Made by a program: the position numbers and the translations under genes
Shown here: piece by piece, positions 58,681 through 64,000 of the stretch
Layout: each line of letters starts with the position of its first letter
Numbering within the stretch: position 1 is the stretch's first letter
Assembly: GCA_951406725.2 (NCBI GenBank)
Contig: OX597826.1
Coordinates: forward strand, 40,362,001 to 40,426,000
Length of the DNA stretch: 64,000 nt
Reading direction: 5' to 3'
Source of the DNA: Octopus vulgaris
Taxonomy: Eukaryota
The notes under the pieces: generated by a model
Seen by the model: only the letters and a program-made list of their open reading frames with translations
Database searches by the model: none
Told to the model about the DNA's origin: nothing

Positions 58681-59214
58681 TATTATTGGTACATTCCTCA
58701 ACTGTAGTATTTAAATTCATCTCAGCATCAACAGGCATTGCGTCAGTAATCCCTGTGCTAGTATAAACTTCGGAGTCACAGTCTATATTGTACATATTAG
58801 ATGTGTTACTACAGTTGTTTCTAATCCCTACATCTCCCTTAATATTATTCTCGTTGTAGGGGTTTACACCAATCCTGACAATAATATTATTATTATTATT
58901 ATTATTAACTCCTCTTGCCGATTTTATATTCTTTCTATTTAACCTGGCTATAAAGCTACCAACACTGGACTGGAGAGGGCAGATGACTTTATGTAAGTAA
59001 GTCTCCTTTTCACTAAATTATATACCCCCTAGAAACTATAAAATCATACATACAATAGCACCTGTAACATTACAACATATAAAATCTTTTCAGTGTCAAT
59101 ACCTTTATCTGCCCTCACTATGTCCATCCCTATTATCCCCTCTTTTTCGGGTTACCTCTTCCTTACTTCAAATTTGAATCTCCTGTCTCCTAAAATATAG
59201 GTTATATGTACGTT

Positions 59215-59335
59215 ATTTACTTTATTTACAATTGACGGATATTTGTCCTCATCGTGCTTGTTGTTAACACAACGTTTCGGCTGATATTCATCAGATATCT
59301 TGGGGAAATTTCGAACCTGGGTTCTCATTCTATTT
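59215..59335 (-). mobile_element. PLE pLTR remnant with helix-II-deleted hammerhead
   Basis: Minus strand CTGATGA-atatcagcc-GAAAC-GTT-GTGTT. The 5' strand of stem II is missing. Confidence 0.45.
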
Positions 59336-59368
59336 TTCTCATTCTTATAATAATAAGTATTATTATTA

Positions 59369-59401
<33 letters not shown>

Positions 59402-59435
59402 GTTATAACAACAACAACAACAACACCAGATGAAG

Positions 59436-59520
59436 ACTAAGTCCTGGGGTCAATTTGCGCGACTAAAGGCGGTGCTCCAGCATGGCCGCAGTCAAATGAC
59501 TGAAGCAAATAAAAGAATAA
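59436..59520 (+). mobile_element. SINE family 1, 3' end
   Basis: AAGTCCTGGGGTC...GACTAAAGGCGGTGCTCCAGCATGGCCGCAGTCAAATGACTGAA. Confidence 0.85.
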
Positions 59521-61300
59521 CAATATATGTGTGTGTGTGTGTATTTATAAAAATTCAAATAAAGATAATCATTATCATTATTAATGATATTAATATGGTT
59601 ATAATAGTGTGGCTAGATTTGAATTTGTATACATGTTAAATAAATAAATAAATAAATTGATAATGATTGCATTAGGTTTTGGTAAAAATTTTGAAGTTAT
59701 AGAAAATGACGCGAAAAATATATTTTCCTTGCGATATTTACCCATACTTTATAATGTGACAACATTCTTTAGGGTAATTGTATCTGAGGCCAAATTTTGT
59801 GATTATACTGAATGATATATAAGTTTTGTTGTTTTTATTTAAGCTGTATGGTTTGTAGGTTCAAATTACTATATTAATGAGGATATTTATAATATTTCAG
59901 TGGATTAATAAATAAATTTATTAGTACCATAATATATTTGTCTTGAGTGTTAATTTTATCACTACATTCGTAGTTAAATTTAAGATATTGGCTTTATTTA
60001 TGCTATCATCTTTGTATAAAATGATTATAAGTATATATATATATATATTGAATTTAATATTAATAATGTATGAACAATTTTATAAAATGGCGTATCGTGA
60101 TTAAAAACATTTCTGGTGGAAGTACGTAATTCCGGTTATTTTTCCGTTAGCAATGAATGTATAAATATATAAACATTGATTTATATTTGTATTTTCTTCT
60201 CATAAACTAAGTGAATTTGTGTTTTTTACTCGTTATTTACTAAGAATAATGTTTATATTAGTACACATAAATAGATTAGAATAATTCTTAAATATAATTA
60301 TATATCTTTTTGAATAATTATCCGTATATGAATATTTTTTGTAGACCCAATGATATTTAGTATATGTTATCATATTGTGTACTTTCGAACTTGTATGCAC
60401 ATAAGAATTATAGAATAATAAAACTATTGGCTTACTCTAATTTATTTCCTTCTGTAAAACTGAGTATTCTGATACTTTATATATTCAATTATTATTATCA
60501 TTTTTATGTAAAACATAGTATAGTTTATAATAATCGTAACTTTATACATTTGTTTTACATCCGCTTGTTTAGTAGAATCTGTTGAATTGATGAATCGTTG
60601 ATTAAACGATTTTTTATTTTTTTTTATAATAGTATATAGAAATTTCAAATAAAATACATTTCCCAATCCGCCATAAATTCTTAACATATTATATAGATGT
60701 TATTATGTATCAAAAATGTCCAGTGATTATTTGAGATTAAAATATATTGATATTAATATTATTGAAGATGAAGAAGAACATTTTATGACCGTTGTAATTG
60801 TTTTTGTTGATTTGATTTATTTTCAAATTATTAACGCTCACGCTTGTAAGCTTAGGTATATTATAAATAAGTCTGTTTTATTATTTATCAGTCCTTGCAT
60901 TCAATTTTGTCCATTTGTTAGACAAATATTACCCTGGGGAGACTCATATGCATAAATGTGAATTTTTATTAATTCACTAGTGGATATGAGTCAAAAGAAA
61001 TTGTAAGATATATATTTGTTTTAATTATTTGTTATATTATATTATATTATATTATATCCTTTTATAGTATAATTATATTATATTATATAATAAATAAATT
61101 TTTGATACGTCAATTGTATTTCTGTATTTCCTTTAATATTTATACATTGAAATTATATTATTTTATATTCGATGTTTTCTCTACTATATTGTGGTATCTA
61201 TCTGAAGAACCACTGAAAAGTGGATGTTTTACATCCCTTTGAAGGAATTTTGTTTCTCCTTGGACTGATTATATGCATATATATATAGATTTACACATCT

Positions 61301-61401
<101 letters not shown>

Positions 61402-62079
61402 CATATATGTATACATACATTTATAGAGAGAGAGGAGAGAGAGAATGGGAGAGAGAAGAGAGAGAACGAGAGAGAGAAGCACTTTTTTAACTTTAACCAG
61501 TTACTGGAAAACAATTTTAGCTTCTAACTTTGGAAGCAGCGCTAGCGTCATCTTAGAAACAAATATGATCGATGAGAAATATTTTATTACAGGATAAAAT
61601 TGAAATTTATATATCTGAAATAAGAAACAATATTTGTAACACTGTTGATAGTAAAGTTGACAGGAGATAAATATAATTAAGATTAAAAAGAAAATGCTTT
61701 TTTGTGTGCGTTTGCTGAATGATAAGTGAACATTTATAAATGTAATGTTTATATTTCGTGTTATTAAAATTATCGACGTTTTTAATGTAATTCAAAATAT
61801 GACCAATGGAAGAAATGGCACTTCGTGAAAGTAATCTCTATTACAAAAGCATCATATAATAGTGAATATATTGCAAATGCATTAATGTGAAATATAATAA
61901 ACGTTTGGAAAATTCATTATTACTACACAAGTATAATATTATTTGCTTCAAAGTTAAAATTAACTTACCAGTTATAATATTTGTATTACAGACTAGTCAT
62001 AACAATCGTCTCAGAAATCTATAGTGTATAATGCATGCACGCGCACGCACACACACATGCGCATACGCACACACACACG

Positions 62080-62753
<674 letters not shown>

Positions 62754-63299
62754 AGAGCGTAGGCTTGCATTTTTAAACCCGAGAATTATAAACGAAATAT
62801 ATGACAATAGTGGCAGCATTTCTTATTCAACTGGTTACATGCAGTCAAATTTAATGAAGAAAAATAGTTATTTAGGGTATAAAGATTTCTGAGAGTATAA
62901 ATACCGAAAGTATAGTAAATCTTCCTTGGCATTTGTAATCTTTAGTTTTATGGATTTTGTGCATATTTAAGAACGCTGTTTCTGATTTCATACAAAATAT
63001 AATCAATAATAAAAATGATTACTTTATATAATATAATACACGACCATCGCATTTATTAAATGTGCGTAGAATCCAGTTTTTCTGCAAGTGTATCAAATCA
63101 TATCTCAGTAATTTAAATGTTATTATCAATTCTAATAGTTGCACGACCACCTGAGTCAGCGTAATATCATATTATATTCCATCTCTTCTATATTTTTACA
63201 GTAGATCTACCCAGTGTTACTTTTGACATGCAAATGGAACACTAATTATATCCTAGAAACACAGAACTTCAGATAGTGAAGCAACTTAGCAACTAGATT

Positions 63300-63800
63300 A
63301 CACTAAGGTATATTACATGCAAAGATATATATGATTGGGTTGAGAGAATGTTGAACTATCGGACAAAGGTTTCATGATTTGTATCATGGCATCGTCACTC
63401 AAGAATATTGCTGCATATTGTTGATGATGACGTCATTTAACAACTAAAGGCAAGTCAGTTCATTTAATAGTAACGGGCATTTATAATTAACAGCTTATTT
63501 TTTGCCGTCTTTAGTCAATTACCAGTCTCTTGAGTCACTAAGATCGATATTATTAATGAGAGCTGTCAATCGATCGACAGTGAACTCTATTGATGTACAG
63601 AGAAGACCAATAGGAATCATCTTCTACCTTCTCTTCTAGCAGAAGGAATTGAGCCCATCTCTACAATGTCATATTTACGGTGTTACCTCAGACTAGAGTG
63701 GTGATTTGTTCTTACATTGAGGACAATCACTATGTCCATCTGAAATAAAACCACACTAACAGGAAATTACGAAGCTGTTACTTTTTTGTAGTTCTTCATT
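63300..63800 (-). mobile_element. Possible ancient RTE-type RT remnant (similar decayed stretch at ~49500-50070)
   Basis: Only scattered motif traces in the expected order (KNK, DMI-like, IDL, DG). Heavily decayed. Confidence 0.25.
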
Positions 63801-64000
63801 AACTTTTACATCTTCAGTTCTTCAATTCTGTTCTGCCAGAGAACTGAACTAAGTGAAACCCCTTTTCAACCAGCCCTATAAAACCTTGCAGCAAATTTAC
63901 ACGGAAATCAGAAAATTAGTCCACAATCGTTCATACAAATATCTTGGAATAGACGAAATAGCTAAAATACAACACAGAAAGGAGAAAGAGAAAATTAGGA

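Noticed and set aside
61200-61235. CTGAAGA followed by hairpin CCACT/AGTGG as a hammerhead
   Set aside because: There is no GAAA or helix III after the hairpin. At most a truncated remnant.

Overview
AT-rich, microsatellite-saturated eukaryotic DNA with no recognisable host protein-coding exon. Most ORFs in the track are translations of simple repeats. The repeat repertoire is what I recall for coleoid cephalopods (Octopus-like; inference). Contents: three tRNA-derived SINE families; R4/Dong-type REL-endonuclease LINE fragments, all beside or within (TAA)n; several Penelope-like element (PLE) fragments of Naiad and Neptune type; one full-length mariner with a frameshifted D,D34D transposase; Tc1/mariner remnants; non-autonomous Helitrons and a Helentron-type HINE; and a TSD-flanked retro-insertion that seems to carry only a CCHC-knuckle ORF1. 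The most notable signal is a dense set of minimal type I hammerhead ribozyme motifs in PLE-type terminal repeats. Read by eye, they show three base-pair versions of the core 3-8 pair (C3-G8, U3-A8, G3-C8), several have an extra nucleotide after A9, and several lie in or between long fold-back inverted repeats inserted into (TA)n. All calls are by-eye pattern reading; no searches or folding were run.
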